A stretch of 62,137 bases of DNA, the filler included, from Chiloscyllium plagiosum (lineage: Eukaryota): the NCBI RefSeq assembly GCF_004010195.1. It is 4 parts of one record of this genome, joined end to end, with 100 filler letters (N's around TTAATTAATTAA, not from the genome) between each part and the next. Parts side by side here need not be neighbours in the genome. Positions count along the whole stretch, not along the records: positions 1 to 29,005 come from NC_057712.1; 3 more parts are not named here. One strand, given 5' to 3'. A program made the translations under genes and the position numbers. The first letter of the stretch is position 1. The number at the start of each line of letters is the position of its first letter. Below the pieces are notes generated by a model. It saw only the letters and a list, made by a program, of their open reading frames with translations. It did not search any database and was not told the DNA's origin. Below are positions 14,001-26,131 of the stretch, piece after piece.

Positions 14001-14484
14001 CTGAAATATTAGTAGTCTTTCAGGGAAGAGAATCATTCAAATATGTTATAGATTCAATTTATGCAATAAATAATTTGTGCTCTTTATGCAGAAAAGGCTT
14101 ATGCTCAATTTTATTCTTCTGTTTCCTGTGCTGAAGAGGAATTTGGCAGCAAAATCCCATCTGTCTGTATGTCAGCATTACCTCACTTACACTGCCAGTA
14201 AGAATTTGCTGATGTTCTACTTTGTCTCTGCTGCATCCTATTGGATTTGATGTGCACAGGGCAGGGGAGTTTTGTGTTGTGAATTGCCAGACTTATTCTG
14301 TGACTGGGTGGTTCAGATGTTTCTGATCCACCTAATTTTCTGCTCATTCATTAAAGGACATTGCAGCACAGGAACAGGCCCTTCAGCCCATCAATACAGC
14401 GCCAACACATGATGCCTTTCTAAACGAAAATCTTCCACCTCTCCACGGTCCATATCCCCTATTCCCTGCCAATTCATGTGTCTT

Positions 14485-15120
14485 AATTAGAGACAAAAAA
14501 ACTGCAGATGCTAGAATCAAAAGTAGACAGGCAGGTGGCTGGAAGAACACGACAAGCCTGGCAGCATCAGGAGGTGGAGAAGTCAACACTTTGGGAGAAC
14601 CCTTCTTCAGGACTGGAGCTGAAGTTAGTGGGAGCTGCAGATAAAAGGTTTGGGGTGGTGGGAGGAGGGTTTAGGTGGGCAGAATGGTGAGGTAGTAATA
14701 GGAGAACACAGGAGGTGAGTACGGCCTGGTTGGTCGATGGGAAGGATGAATCTGGTTGGTAGCTGGAAGGAGGGGTTGGTCAGAGGGATGGAAGGGAGGA
14801 AGCGGGGCTGGAAAGGGAGGCTGGGGCTGGGTGGGAAGGTTATTTGAAATTGGAGAACTCAAATTTGAGTCCTCTGGGCTTTAGGGTGCCCAGGCAGAAG
14901 ATGAGGTGTTGCTCCTCCAATTTGTAGTCTGATTCACTGCAGCAATGGAAGAGGCTGAAGATGGACATGTCGGAAAGGGATTCGGAAGGGGAATTGAAAT
15001 GGGCAGTGACCGGGAGGTCAAGTTGCCCTTACAGGCCAAGCTGAGATGTTTGGTGAAATGTTTCCTTAGTTTACATTTGGTCCCATGATGTAGAGAAGAC
15101 CACATCGGGCCCACCGGAGG
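14485..15120 (-). mobile_element. Penelope-like element 3' fragment (decayed GIY-YIG C-terminus plus terminal repeat)
   Basis: Decayed CGLLY...KLRKHFTKHL and LEEQHLIFCLG-like segments; terminal repeat with a degenerate hammerhead at ~14580-14612. Confidence 0.7.
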
Positions 15121-17135
15121 AGAGGCAGGTGAAGCTCTGTTTATTCATGTATCTGTCAAGGTGCCTCTTAAAGGCGGCCAGTGTATCCACCTCCATCACC
15201 TTCTCTGGCAGTGTATTCCAGGTACTTACCACATGCTGTGGGAGGCATGCCTCTCAAATCTCCTTTAATCATGCCCCCTTTCACTTTAAATCATGTCCCT
15301 TGTACTTGACGTGTCTACCCTGAGGTAAAAGGCTCCGACTATCCATGCCCCTCATGATTTTGTAAACTTCTATCAGGTCACCCCCCCCCAAGCCTTTGAT
15401 GTTCAAGTGAAAACAAACCAAGTTTGACCAATTTCTCCTCATAGCTGCAGTTGCTGGACAACAGGCCTGGGCTACCTGTGATGCCATTGTCCAACCTTTG
15501 GAATCAGCCATAGGGAGTGGTTGATGTGACTGAAACTGATATAGAATCATAGAGTAATAGAGATGTACAGCATGGAAACTGACCCTTCGGTCCAACCTGT
15601 CCATGCCGACCAGATATCTCCCAAGCCAATCTAGTCCCACCTGCCAGCACCTGGCTTATATCCTCCAAACCCTTCCTATTCATATACCCATCCAAATGCC
15701 TCTTAAATGTTGTAATTGTACCAGCCTCCACCACATCCTCTGGCAGCTCATTCCATACACGTACTCCAACCCTGGCAACATCCTTGTAAATCTTTTCTGA
15801 ACCCTTTCAAGATAGGAAGGAGACCAGGATTGCACGCAATATTCCAGTGGAGCTCAAGAAAACAACGAGGGGACTGCAAAGGGAAGGTACCTTGAAGTTC
15901 ACTCAGATCCTTTAGGGGAGGAAATCCGTCATCCTCACCCACTCTGGCCCATTTGTGACTCCAGGCACATGGTTGACTCTTAACTGCCCTCTGAAATGGC
16001 CCAGCGAGCCATGAAATCTAAGGGCACTTAGGGATGGGCAACAGCTTCTGGCCTTGTTGCCAATGCCCACATTCCAGGAAAGAATAAAGTTCAACAGAAA
16101 AAAGGTCAGTGCCACATGCTGGATTATTTTTTAAGAATTCACTTAGAAAACTTGTGACCTGTGAAGAGGACAGTGTGGAACTGTGGTATTGATTGACAAG
16201 TTGGTGCAGCGGGTGGTCCTGACCAGGGAGCTCCGATGCAGAGATGTATCAGGTGGTGCACTTTGTTCGGAAGAACACTGAAAGACAATATAAAATGGAA
16301 GCTATCATTCTGCATGGGGTGCAGGAGCAGAGGGACCTCGGTGTTTCTGTGCACAGATCACTGAAGGTGGCAGGACAGGTGGAGACAGCAGTGAATAAAG
16401 CACACAGTGTCCTGGGCTTTGTTAGCAGAGACCGAGGAAGGGTGTGAATGCATCGAAGACAGAAACAATCTACAGGAATGGCTCAGGATGAGGAACTTCA
16501 GTTACAAGGATAGATTAAAGAAATTGGGACTGTCCTCCTTAAGAGAAGAAAGTTGAGAGGAGATCTAAGAGAAGTTTTCAAAATCATGATTTTAATCTCT
16601 AACCCAGGCAGTGGGATGGTGCATGGGAGAAAGTTCTAATTTAGGACAAGCTCCTGATCCCAAATTACTTCCTTTCCAGTTTAACATTTTTACCGTTCCC
16701 TTCGACTTTTGCACAACAAAATCTTTTGCTATTTAACCTGTCCTGCCTTCCGCCTTGCCATGTTCCCTTTTGACTTTCCTGTCCAGTTCTCCCTTTCACT
16801 TGCTCAAAACCTGTTACATTTCTGTTTCTCCTCACTTCTACCACAAAGCCACAGATCTGAACTGTTGACTGTTCCAAGCATTGAGTGCAGGAGCAGCAGC
16901 ATCATGTTATGGCTGTACAAGACAATGGTAAGGCCACAGCATGAAATTCGGGGATTGCTCTGCTAGGGAAAGCTGCCAGAGGAAGTGGTGGCGGCGGCAA
17001 GTACAATTGCAACGTTCAAAAGATATTTATACAGATACATGAATAGGAAAGGTTTAAAGGAATATAAACCAAATGCAGGTAAATGGGACTAGTTCAGTTG
17101 GGGAAACCTGTCAGAACAGTTGGACCGAATGCTCG
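15120..17135. mobile_element. Mosaic of decayed CR1 fragments (both strands) and a SINE tail
   Basis: GDLIEVYKIMRG and VEAGTITTFKRHLDG on minus; EQRDLGVSVHRSLKV on plus; SINE body GTGACTCCAGG at ~15955. Confidence 0.8.
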
Positions 17136-17734
17136 ATGACACTATCACTCCGTAACTGGTTTTCTCTCTCCACTGATGCCACCTGACCTGCTGAGCATTT
17201 CCTGTTGTTTAAATCATTATTTTGCCAAATTGGGCCATCGCAAGATCTCCACTAAAGGACAGCAGGCGTCAAATTAGCATTCCAAAAGTCACGAGCCAAT
17301 AATATCCTCTGTATAGCTATCACGTGAATGTCAAGGACAGATGTTGCCCAGACACTGTGGGTTGTTGTCATTTGCAGAAATCTGCAGGTTTTATTTAACC
17401 TGCTGAAATACCCTTTTCCCGGTTGCCAAGTTCATTAGACACTACAGACTCCCACTGGACTTTTCCCTATCACCCTCTGGTTAATATCAAAGGCATTGTG
17501 GGTGCCTCCGTTTTCACTTATCACAATGGCTGATGCACTGACTGTGGTTTAATAATTAATTGAGATTACAATGATGTGCCAACAATTGAGATTCTGGGAG
17601 TATCTCTGGACTTTTCCACCTCAGAGTTTTCCAGGAACCTTGCACATACCCAGAGGAGCACTGTGGGGGTGGCAGATAATTTGAGCATTTCTGTTCACAA
17701 AAAAAGCAGAGTGCTTCAAGGGAGCTTTGATGGC

Positions 17735-18092
17735 AGTGTCTGTGTGTGTCTGTATGTGTATGTGTCTAGGACTGTATGTCTATTTGTCTGTCCGGTGTGT
17801 GTGTCTCTGTCTCTGTGTATCTGTCTATGTGTGTCTCTGTCTCTGTTGTGTCTATCTGTCTGTATGTGTGTGTGTCTGTCCGCCTGTGTCTCTGTATGTC
17901 TATGTGTATGTGTGTCTGTGTGTGTCTGTCTGTCAGTATGTGTGTGTCTGTCTGTATGTCTGTATGTGTGTCTGTCCGCCTGTGTCTCTGTCTCTGTATG
18001 TCTATCTGTGTGCGTGTCTGTCTGTATGTCTGTCTGTGTTTGTGTTTCTGTCCGCGTGTGTGTCTCTGTCTCTATGTGTTTGTCTGTGTGAG
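17735..18092. repeat. Complex TG/TC microsatellite
   Basis: Mixed (TG)n, (TGTC)n and (TGTCTC)n tracts. Confidence 0.95.
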
Positions 18093-18456
18093 TCCTTGCC
18101 TGGACACTGAACCCAATTGCACTCTCAGCGGGAGTAACCTGATTGGTGCAACAAATGATGCATTTCCCTCCTCTCTCAATCAAGGATAGGACAGAGAGCT
18201 GTCTGAAAGCTCCCAGACATGTCCCCAGCAGATCCCTGAAATAGCCTTGCCAGGGAAACACTGTGTGGCACAGTCACCTTCACTGCCAACTCAACCCCTA
18301 CCCACAGAGACAGGGACCATGCTCTGGCATTCTGACCTCTCCATGAAACTTGGCTTCTGTGCTCTGTTGGCACTGGGTGCCATTGTCTTTGAACATTCAA
18401 CTGTCTTTAATGCCTGTGTGCCAATCACATCTCTAAATGTCTCTCTCTCTCACTTC

Positions 18457-18767
18457 CACGGTGACACAGGGGTAGCACTGCTGCCTCACAGCGCCAGAGA
18501 CCCGGGTTTGATTCCCGCCTCAGGCGACTCTCTGTGTGGTGTTTGCACGTTCTCCCTATGTCTGCGTGGGTTTCCTCCAGGTGCTCTGGTTTCCTCCCAT
18601 AATCGAAAAATGTGCAGGTTAGGTGAATTGGCCACGCTAAATTGCCCGTAGTGTTAGGTGAAGGGGCAAATATAGGGGAATGGGTCTGGGTGGGTTACGC
18701 TTCAGCGGGTTGGTGTGTGGACTTGTTGGGCCGTAGGGCCTGATTCCACACTGTAAGCAATCTAATC
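18457..18767 (+). mobile_element. HE1-like V-SINE
   Basis: tRNA head GCACTGCTGCCTCACAGCGCCAGAGACCCGGGTTTGATTCC, V-domain TGTGTGG..TTTGCACGTTCTCCC, and TCTAATC tail. Confidence 0.9.
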
Positions 18768-20289
18768 AAACTCAGACTGCAGGTCTCCCATCTCCCTTTG
18801 CGGCATTCACAGTGAAGCCAGGAACCTGGACACCTGACGTATGAGCTTTACACTCAGCAATCCCTCTGACGGTCCCAGCCATCACCCCCCTGAGCTGTGC
18901 CTCAGTCAGTGGCTGCTGGTTACAGCCACACTACACCTGCCTCTGAATTGCTGAGCTGCTGAATCTCTGTGGGATCCTCCTGCCCACTGGAAAATTACTG
19001 AAAACCTGTGAAAAAGCAGGCTTAATCGGCTGCCTAATGGACTCAATCATAATCCTGCTCCATGAGCTCCCACCGTTTTACATGCTCCTGCCTCCAAGCC
19101 CCCACAGGGCTGGCCAAATGAGGTCCATACATTCACATAATCATTGCTGTCGGAGAGATGTGACATTGTGTATTCAAATATACAGTGGGTTGGAGGAACG
19201 TCTCTTTATTAGAAATTGGGAGACCGGGTGGTGAGCAGAAGAGACACACTGTTATGCAGCAGACGTGTTGGATGAAACATGCTCTGATCTTTTTTCCAGC
19301 CCTCACTCAGGAGCCCTTGGTCATTATTTGCTCTGGAGTTCAGAATTCACACTTTGAGTCCTCCAGAGCTTGATTCCACATGTACAATTGCTTCACAGGG
19401 TAAGTCAGCACTGGAACCAAAATTAATAATGCATTCTGCCTTCAGCTGATTTCTTTTTCAGTTCAGTACTGCCCTTTCTCATTAAGTATGTGTGAGCCAT
19501 CCATCACATTTGTGTAATGATGCTCTCATTTCCAGATAATACAATAATGAGGAGCAGCCTTCCGCAGAGGGATATTTTTCATGTTTCTGTTTATTGTGCA
19601 GCACAAACACTTGCTTTTCTTTTGTCTGTTGCTCCTTTTGCAGGATATGATTAGCGAAATTTTATTTTATAAATAGCTGTTTTTCTTTGCTAACCTCTTA
19701 CCAAATAATAGGTGTAGAAACTTTAAATGTGAACGTTTTCAACCCGACTTGATCAATGGGTTGTAAGGGAGATCCCCTCTTCCTCTTGTCCAACCCCCAA
19801 CTTTCACCCTGAAGGAGACAAGGTTAGCTGATGAAATATCTTTCTATAACCACTCAGCACAGTCAAAAGGGCCAAATTTCTCAGTGCGTTACATTTAGTT
19901 CAATGGATATCAGATCCATGGAGAACTCCTGTGCAGATCGTTTGTTTTATTAAAGGGCTTGACACAGGAACTTCATTGAGATCCATAATTAGAATGCCAA
20001 ACGGAATTTCAATGTTTCTGGTCACTTGGTTGCTTTAGCAACAGCACTATTGAAAACACATCAATATCAGTCCCCCTAAACCATCTATTAGTGATCCTCC
20101 TGCCTATGTGTCTTGGATGGATGGCTAATGCTTTATGCCATTTAGGAGGCATGAGTGTGCCACCAGCTGGCAGTGAACTGATACTACACCAATGGATTTG
20201 CCACTGGAAAGCTTTGAAAGTCCCACGTGTTTGGTTGTCGAGTCCACTGGCAACATCTCACCAGTGAGATGTTCAGTAAAGATTTTTTA

Positions 20290-21222
20290 GAAAGTCTTTG
20301 TGCATGGGAGGTCATGTCTGACTAACCAAATTGAGTTTTTTTAAAGAATTAAGGAAGACAATTGATGAAGGCAGATCGGTGGGTGTGATCTATATGGCCT
20401 TCAGTTAAGGCGTTCGACAAGGTTCCTCATGGTAGACTGACTAGCAAGGAATACAGGGAGAACTGGCTCAAACTTGGAAGACAGAAAGTGACGGTGGAGG
20501 GTTGCTTTTCAGAACTGCTTTTGGTCATTTATAGAAATGATTTGGATGTGAACATAGGAGTTATCGTTAGTATGTTTGCAGATGACACCAAAATCAGAGG
20601 AGTAAGGTACAACAAAGAGGTTACCTCAGATTACAATGGCATCTTGATCAGATGGGCCAAAGGACTGAGGAGTGGCAGATGGAGCTTAATTTTGGAAAGG
20701 CAAATCAGGGCAGGACTTATACACTTAATGGTAAGATCCTGGGGACTGTTGCTGAACAAAAAGACTTTGGAGTGCAGCTCAAATCCTCCAACCCTGGCAA
20801 CTTCCTTGTAAATCTTTTCTGAACCCTTTCAAGTTTCACAACATCTTTCCGATAGAAAGGAGAACAGAATTGAACGCAGTATTCCATAAGTGGCTTAACC
20901 AATGTCCTGTACAGCCACAAAATGACCTCCCAACTTCTATACTCAATGCTCTGACCAATAAAGGCAAGCATACCAAATGTCTTCTTCATTATCCTATATA
21001 CCTGCGACTCCACTTTCAAGGAACAATGAACCTGCACTCCAAGTGCCATTGTTTTGATTTTTTTTCCCTGAAGTTCCAAAAAATGCAACAGCTTATAAAA
21101 CAGTAATTACTTCTCCTAGAATTCGAGGAAGTCAGCTCCAACATTGAAAATATCTCCAAAAAAGGAGCACCTCTTACAGTCACAAATTTTTTCCCATCCT
21201 CCATCTTGGATTACCCAAAATC
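20290..21222. mobile_element. Rearranged CR1: plus-strand RT part (20290-20778), inverted RT part (20780-21043) and a solo 5'UTR fragment (21048-21222, minus)
   Basis: MFADDTK on plus; LYRTLVKPLMEYCVQF on minus; 21048-21222 resembles the CR1 5' terminus at 1565-1725. Confidence 0.8.
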
Positions 21223-21384
21223 CTTATGAAGGATTCTTTGAGCGAACAATGTCTGAAGTGGGCAGGTACCATCTTGTGCCACAATCTCTGCACCAACTAG
21301 TCTGTGGAGAAACTGCAGGGTGGAGTTACATAAAATGTAGCAAGAATATATCTAATCTGGGGAGCTTTGGACAGGCTTTCTTAC

Positions 21385-21443
21385 CTGTTTCCAAAAAACA
21401 GAAGAAGGCAAGAGCAAAACAAATAGGAACAGTTGTAGACCAT
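21385..21443 (-). CDS. Candidate first coding exon with signal-peptide-like sequence (possibly METTL24 by synteny)
   Basis: ATG at 21443 gives MVYNCSYLFCSCLLLFFGN+AG, then the donor AG|gtaaga (phase 2). It has a hydrophobic core and lies about 1.4 kb 3' of the DDO stop. No homology recognised. Confidence 0.35.
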
Positions 21444-22104
21444 GAGGGCCTGTTGCTCCTGCTCTGCCTTTCCGTCATCTCCACTTTCCCACCACTTCCC
21501 TATTTTCCTTGCTTCCCTGAAGGACCAGAACTCTACTTCAACCTTGAATATGCTAAACAGGAGAGCACCCACAGTGCCCTAGTGTAGAGTTGACAGCCCT
21601 CTGATAACATTGTGTAACAGTGTCCCTGCAACCTCTGGATTCACCACATGGAGAAGAATGACCAGCGGGACATTCCATACAGGTACAGCTTGACTGCAGT
21701 TATGGTGAACCACAGGCAGCAGATGGGATACTGTATGAAGAAGTCTGTGAGCATATACAAACTGAAATTCATGAAATAAACATTATTATGAACATCAATA
21801 CATCAATATCACTGCTATAATATGGGTGGATAGATGATACACAGTCTGAACAGACTGTCCTTTAAGGAACAGAGGCAGGAGGTCTGAATGGGTCAATGGG
21901 CTTTACACTGAGTGCCAGGAGCATTGTGCAGACACAGGATCACATCAACAACAGCCTTCAGGGTTTTAAGGATAGGTAGAGGTAGGCCTCATCACCACAG
22001 ACGTTGCCTCACCATGTCACATGGTGCACAGGAAGCTTCATGGTTTAATCATTTAAGTTGCCCACACCTACCCTGAGTCAATGCTGCATTGTCACCTCTG
22101 TGGT

Positions 22105-22330
22105 TCTCCCTGGCACAGTGGGGATCGGTTAGTTCAGGTGGCTGTCCAGCTGATTGGTAATGCTGAACCATGTGAGCTCAGTTCCTGTACCAGCCAGGGT
22201 CACCAAAAAAGCCTTACCTTCACAATATTGCCCTTCAATGGAGGTGTGGGAACCCTCAGGTTAAACCAGCAGCAGCTGTCTCTCTGTAATGGGGGAGTCG
22301 TCCTCTGGGACTATTGGTGACTTAACTGCT
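22105..22330 (+). mobile_element. tRNA-derived SINE family (related copies at ~10825-11010 +, ~37055-37200 +, ~45880-46085 -)
   Basis: Shared GTTAGCTCAGTTGG-like head and CCTCAGGTTAAACCA core. Confidence 0.6.
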
Positions 22331-22426
22331 ACAGCACAACCCAAGCAACTTTACCTAAGACTGACAGATTTGATCAAACCTTGCAGCTGGGGGCGATGGT
22401 GCTTGTAATAAATTCATCATTTTCAT

Positions 22427-22769
22427 TTTATTGGTTAATAACTGAGCATTTTATTGAAAATTTTTAACATTTTTCTTAATTGTCCACCTCACTGTGCACA
22501 AAGACATTAAAACAATGATGTGTTAAGGCAGAAGATACAAATTAGAAACACATAGGTTCTGCTCACAAAGAAAGACACAATTATCTGATGATTTGTTCAT
22601 TTACACCCCATTATTCAAAACAGCCACACCACCTAATTACTGTAGACATAGGAATAATGAAATCCTCAGGATATTTTTCCAATGATATATGATTTCCAAA
22701 TTGTGCCCTCTTATTATTATTCTTATGATTATGATTTACTGTCTGGATCACCAATAAAAGCTCTTTATT
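22427..22769 (-). terminator. Candidate DDO polyadenylation signals (AATAAA x3)
   Basis: TTTATT on the + strand at 22764-22769, 22450-22455 and 22427-22432, in AT-rich sequence 90-430 nt downstream of the DDO stop. Confidence 0.55.
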
Positions 22770-22856
22770 GATGTTTGTAGAATTACCTCTGTCTATATGT
22801 TGTTTTGTTTGAATCCAAAGTTGTCATAACAATGAGATCATTTGCTGACGTCCTGT

Positions 22857-23430
22857 TCACAGTTTAGGTTTAAGACGGACAGGTCGACATCTTATTTCTG
22901 TTACACACTCCTGAACCAGTTGGGCAGCTTCCTTCGCGGTTCCCCAGTGAAAGGTAACCCCAGTTCCCCCATGGCCGTAATTGTGCACCAAGTACACGTG
23001 ACTCCCCTCACGTTCCAGCTTCTCCTTCTCCAGCCTCAGCACGGCTCTGACAGGCCTCAGACCGACTCCTTCGAATAATTTACCAGCGCGCTGGAGACTT
23101 GGTTCTAAAGCACAGCACGCCTTGAAAATGGCCTCGCTGTCCGATGGGTCGACTGACATCCGCCAATCATCTTTCTGCCTTGTTCCACCCAAAGTAACGC
23201 TGGAGATTCCTGGGTAAATGTAAGAGGTGCCGTCGCCTACACGGACAAAGTGTTTGAGCCAAGGGGCGTGAACTTTATGAATCTGGCCCCTTACAGGATA
23301 AACGTTCACGTCCCCAGTAAGGGCCCTGGCTCCAATACCTGAACAGTTCACAATGATCTCATACTTCCCATGAAGTTCCCAGAAACCTGTGATCTTCCCC
23401 GTCTGTAACTGGCCGCCTGCATTCTTTAAC
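22857..23430 (-). CDS. DDO: D-aspartate oxidase, terminal coding exon (phase-2 start, 190 aa to stop)
   Basis: Acceptor ttaattccag|G at 23431-23432. Translation (R)LKNAGGQLQTGKITGFWELHGKYEIIVNCSGIGARALTGD...PVRGQ...APWLKHFVR...YIYPG...LGGTRQK...GLRPVR...LVHNYGHGGTGVTFHWGTA...LKPKL*. It carries the DAO-family signature HNYGHGGxG and the two acidic-substrate arginines (HFVR, GGTR) that separate DDO from DAO. The exon boundary matches the last exon of human DDO as I recall it. Confidence 0.96.
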
Positions 23431-25061
23431 CTGGAATTAACAATACACCATGTTTACAAAGAGAATTCTATAGTTGACAATTATCAATAGGTTCATTGGG
23501 TAAAAAGGGAAGTGCTGAGTTTTTCTCCCTCGCCTTTATAACCTGTCTTGATCACATTGCGTGTCACATGGCTAACAGAGATTTGTGCCTCTTTCCCCTT
23601 GACTTCCTTTACCTATCACAATCTTTTTTCCTTCACCCAATAGACTCATCCCCAGTGACTGACAGAACTGCTGGACCATCACTGCCTGCTACTCTGGTAT
23701 CAGCTACATTGTGTAATCATAATAACTAATGGCAGGCAGGCACAGTCAAAGACCATTCCCTAACGAGCTGAAGAGTATCTGAACTTAAAAAGGATCAAAA
23801 GTCTGAGAAATCCAGGCATTCAAAGTTAGAAATTTCAAACCTGTCATAGATATTCTCGAGGGTACTCTGGCGATTTCTGGAAATGAGCCCAGGACTTACT
23901 GTCAACGCTGCCCCTGAAGTGCTGAATTTCTCATGATTACAATAGCATACCCCGAGGTTGTAACAGTAGCTTATGATCTGAACTGGAGATCGCAGATGCT
24001 TTCATGTCTGCTTCTCTAATCTTTTTAAAAGGAAACTAGAACAGCTTAGTAAGACAGGGAAGATAAAAAAAAACTGTAACTTAACTTTACAGACAGTTGG
24101 TGAAGGCACTGAGTAACAAACGCGATCAGACTGATTCAAACAACAACCTCCACCCGTAAAGAAAAAATAATTAAGACTGTTCTCCCTGTTAATCTATACT
24201 TGTTCAATTTTCACGGTCAGTCTTCTAATTCTGCTGGCTTCAGGCATGAGGTTGTTCAGAATTGCCATATCTTGCCTCAGCTGCCTAGAACACTCAACTC
24301 TTGCCGGACTGCCTCCACACCTGTCATCTGTTATCTTTCTGAGTTTCTCAAATACTCTCAGCTTCCTTACCTATTCGGTGATTCACCTCTCAATCAATCC
24401 TGCTCTTTCTCTTGCTCCTTTGTATGTTTAAAGAATGCAAGCCTGCTTTTTTGCCCTTCCCCATCTCATTAAAAGATGGCCCAGCTAGTTCTTATTATCT
24501 CAGTTTGCTATAAAGATTCAGAACTGTGATAGTCACAAACTGGTTTGTCAGCTTTTATTACACACTTACAACTCGCGGCCCATGATGACCTGGTGCAGGC
24601 AGTGTCAGCTTTTTAAATCTGTGCAAAGTCATTCTGTTTTAAAATATGCCATTTTACTGCAATTTGTAATCTGGGACCCTTTACGTGAAGTTAAACAACA
24701 AAGCATCAGACATTCTGTAACATGGTAACAGGCCATATTGGGTTGCAATTTGGATCTGTAAACAATTACAAGCATGCACAATAAAAATAATCAAAGGAAA
24801 TTGTGAATGTTAAGAGACCTGAAAAAAAAATTCAAAATGTTGGCAACTTACAATTTGATCAATAAGAATCTGAGGAGAAGGGAGACAAAATTAATGTCCC
24901 TCCTTTTACCCGTTTTTCAAACTGAAGATATGAACCAATTTTCAGAACAAAGGGGAGCAATTGAAAAAAAAACTGATGAGAAACAGTGAGGGGTGTTATA
25001 CAAATTGGTTTAAACATGAAAGAGTTAATTCACATGGTGGGATAGGCCCCACCCTTCAAGA

Positions 25062-26075
25062 CATTTTTTACAAACCCACCAACTCCCACAGCTACCTGGA
25101 TTACACCTCTTCCCACCCTACCTCTTGCAAAAATGCCATCCCGTATTCCCAATTCCTCCGCCTCCGCCGTATCTGCTCCCAGGAGGACCAGTTCCACCAN
25201 NNNNNNNNNNNNNNNNNNNNNNNNNNNNNNNNNNNNNNNNNNNNNNNNNNNNNNNNNNNNNNNNNNNNNNNNNNNNNNNNNNNNNNNNNNNNNNNNNNNN
25301 NNNNNNNNNNNNNNNNNNNNNNNNNNNNNNNNNNNNNNNNNNNNNNNNNNNNNNNNNNNNNNNNNNNNNNNNNNNNNNNNNNNNNNNNNNNNNNNNNNNN
25401 NNNNNNNNNNNNNNNNNNNNNNNNNNNNNNNNNNNNNNNNNNNNNNNNNNNNNNNNNNNNNNNNNNNNNNNNNNNNNNNNNNNNNNNNNNNNNNNNNNNN
25501 NNNNNNNNNNNNNNNNNNNNNNNNNNNNNNNNNNNNNNNNNNNNNNNNNNNNNNNNNNNNNNNNNNNNNNNNNNNNNNNNNNNNNNNNNNNNNNNNNNNN
25601 NNNNNNNNNNNNNNNNNNNNNNNNNNNNNNNNNNNNNNNNNNNNNNNNNNNNNNNNNNNNNNNNNNNNNNNNNNNNNNNNNNNNNNNNNNNNNNNNNNNN
25701 NNNNNNNNNNNNNNNNNNNNNNNNNNNNNNNNNNNNNNNNNNNNNNNNNNNNNNNNNNNNNNNNNNNNNNNNNNNNNNNNNNNNNNNNNNNNNNNNNNNN
25801 NNNNNNNNNNNNNNNNNNNNNNNNNNNNNNNNNNNNNNNNNNNNNNNNNNNNNNNNNNNNNNNNNNNNNNNNNNNNNNNNNNNNNNNNNNNNNNNNNNCT
25901 ATTGTACTCTATGCTACTCTCTCCTCACCCCCACCCTCCCCTAGCTTATCTCTCCACACTTCAGGCTCTCTGCCTTTATTCCTGATGAAGGGCTTTTGCC
26001 CGAAACGTCGATTTTGCTGAAGCTCCTTGATGCTGCCTGAATTGCTGTGCTCTTCCAGCACCATTGATCCAGAAT
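25062..26075 (+). mobile_element. Penelope-like retroelement, 5'-truncated and gapped, with 14-bp TSD
   Basis: RT thumb DIFYKPTNSHSYLDYTSSHPTSCKNAIPYSQFLRLRRICS; 3' terminal repeat with hammerhead; TSD CCCACCCTTCAAGA at 25048-25061 and 26076-26089. Confidence 0.9.
25975..26016 (+). ncRNA. Minimal hammerhead ribozyme in Penelope 3' terminal repeat
   Basis: Reads AUUC-CUGAUGA-A-GGGC-UUUU-GCCC-GAAAC-GUC-GAUU; predicted cleavage after 26009. Confidence 0.75.
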
Positions 26076-26131
26076 CCCACCCTTCAAGATATAAAGGGCT
26101 GTTCCTGTGAGGAGCTAATCAAAGAATTGTA

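Noticed and set aside
17576..18261. Cys/Val-rich and Thr/His-rich ORFs
   Set aside because: They are translations of a TG/TC microsatellite.
18457..18530. tRNA-like sequences with A/B boxes (many copies)
   Set aside because: These are heads of tRNA-derived SINEs continuing into SINE bodies, with no complete cloverleaf; not tRNA genes.
24961..26020. ORFs of 286-327 aa (also 50191-50895)
   Set aside because: Their length comes from runs of N; the real portions are retroelement fragments.
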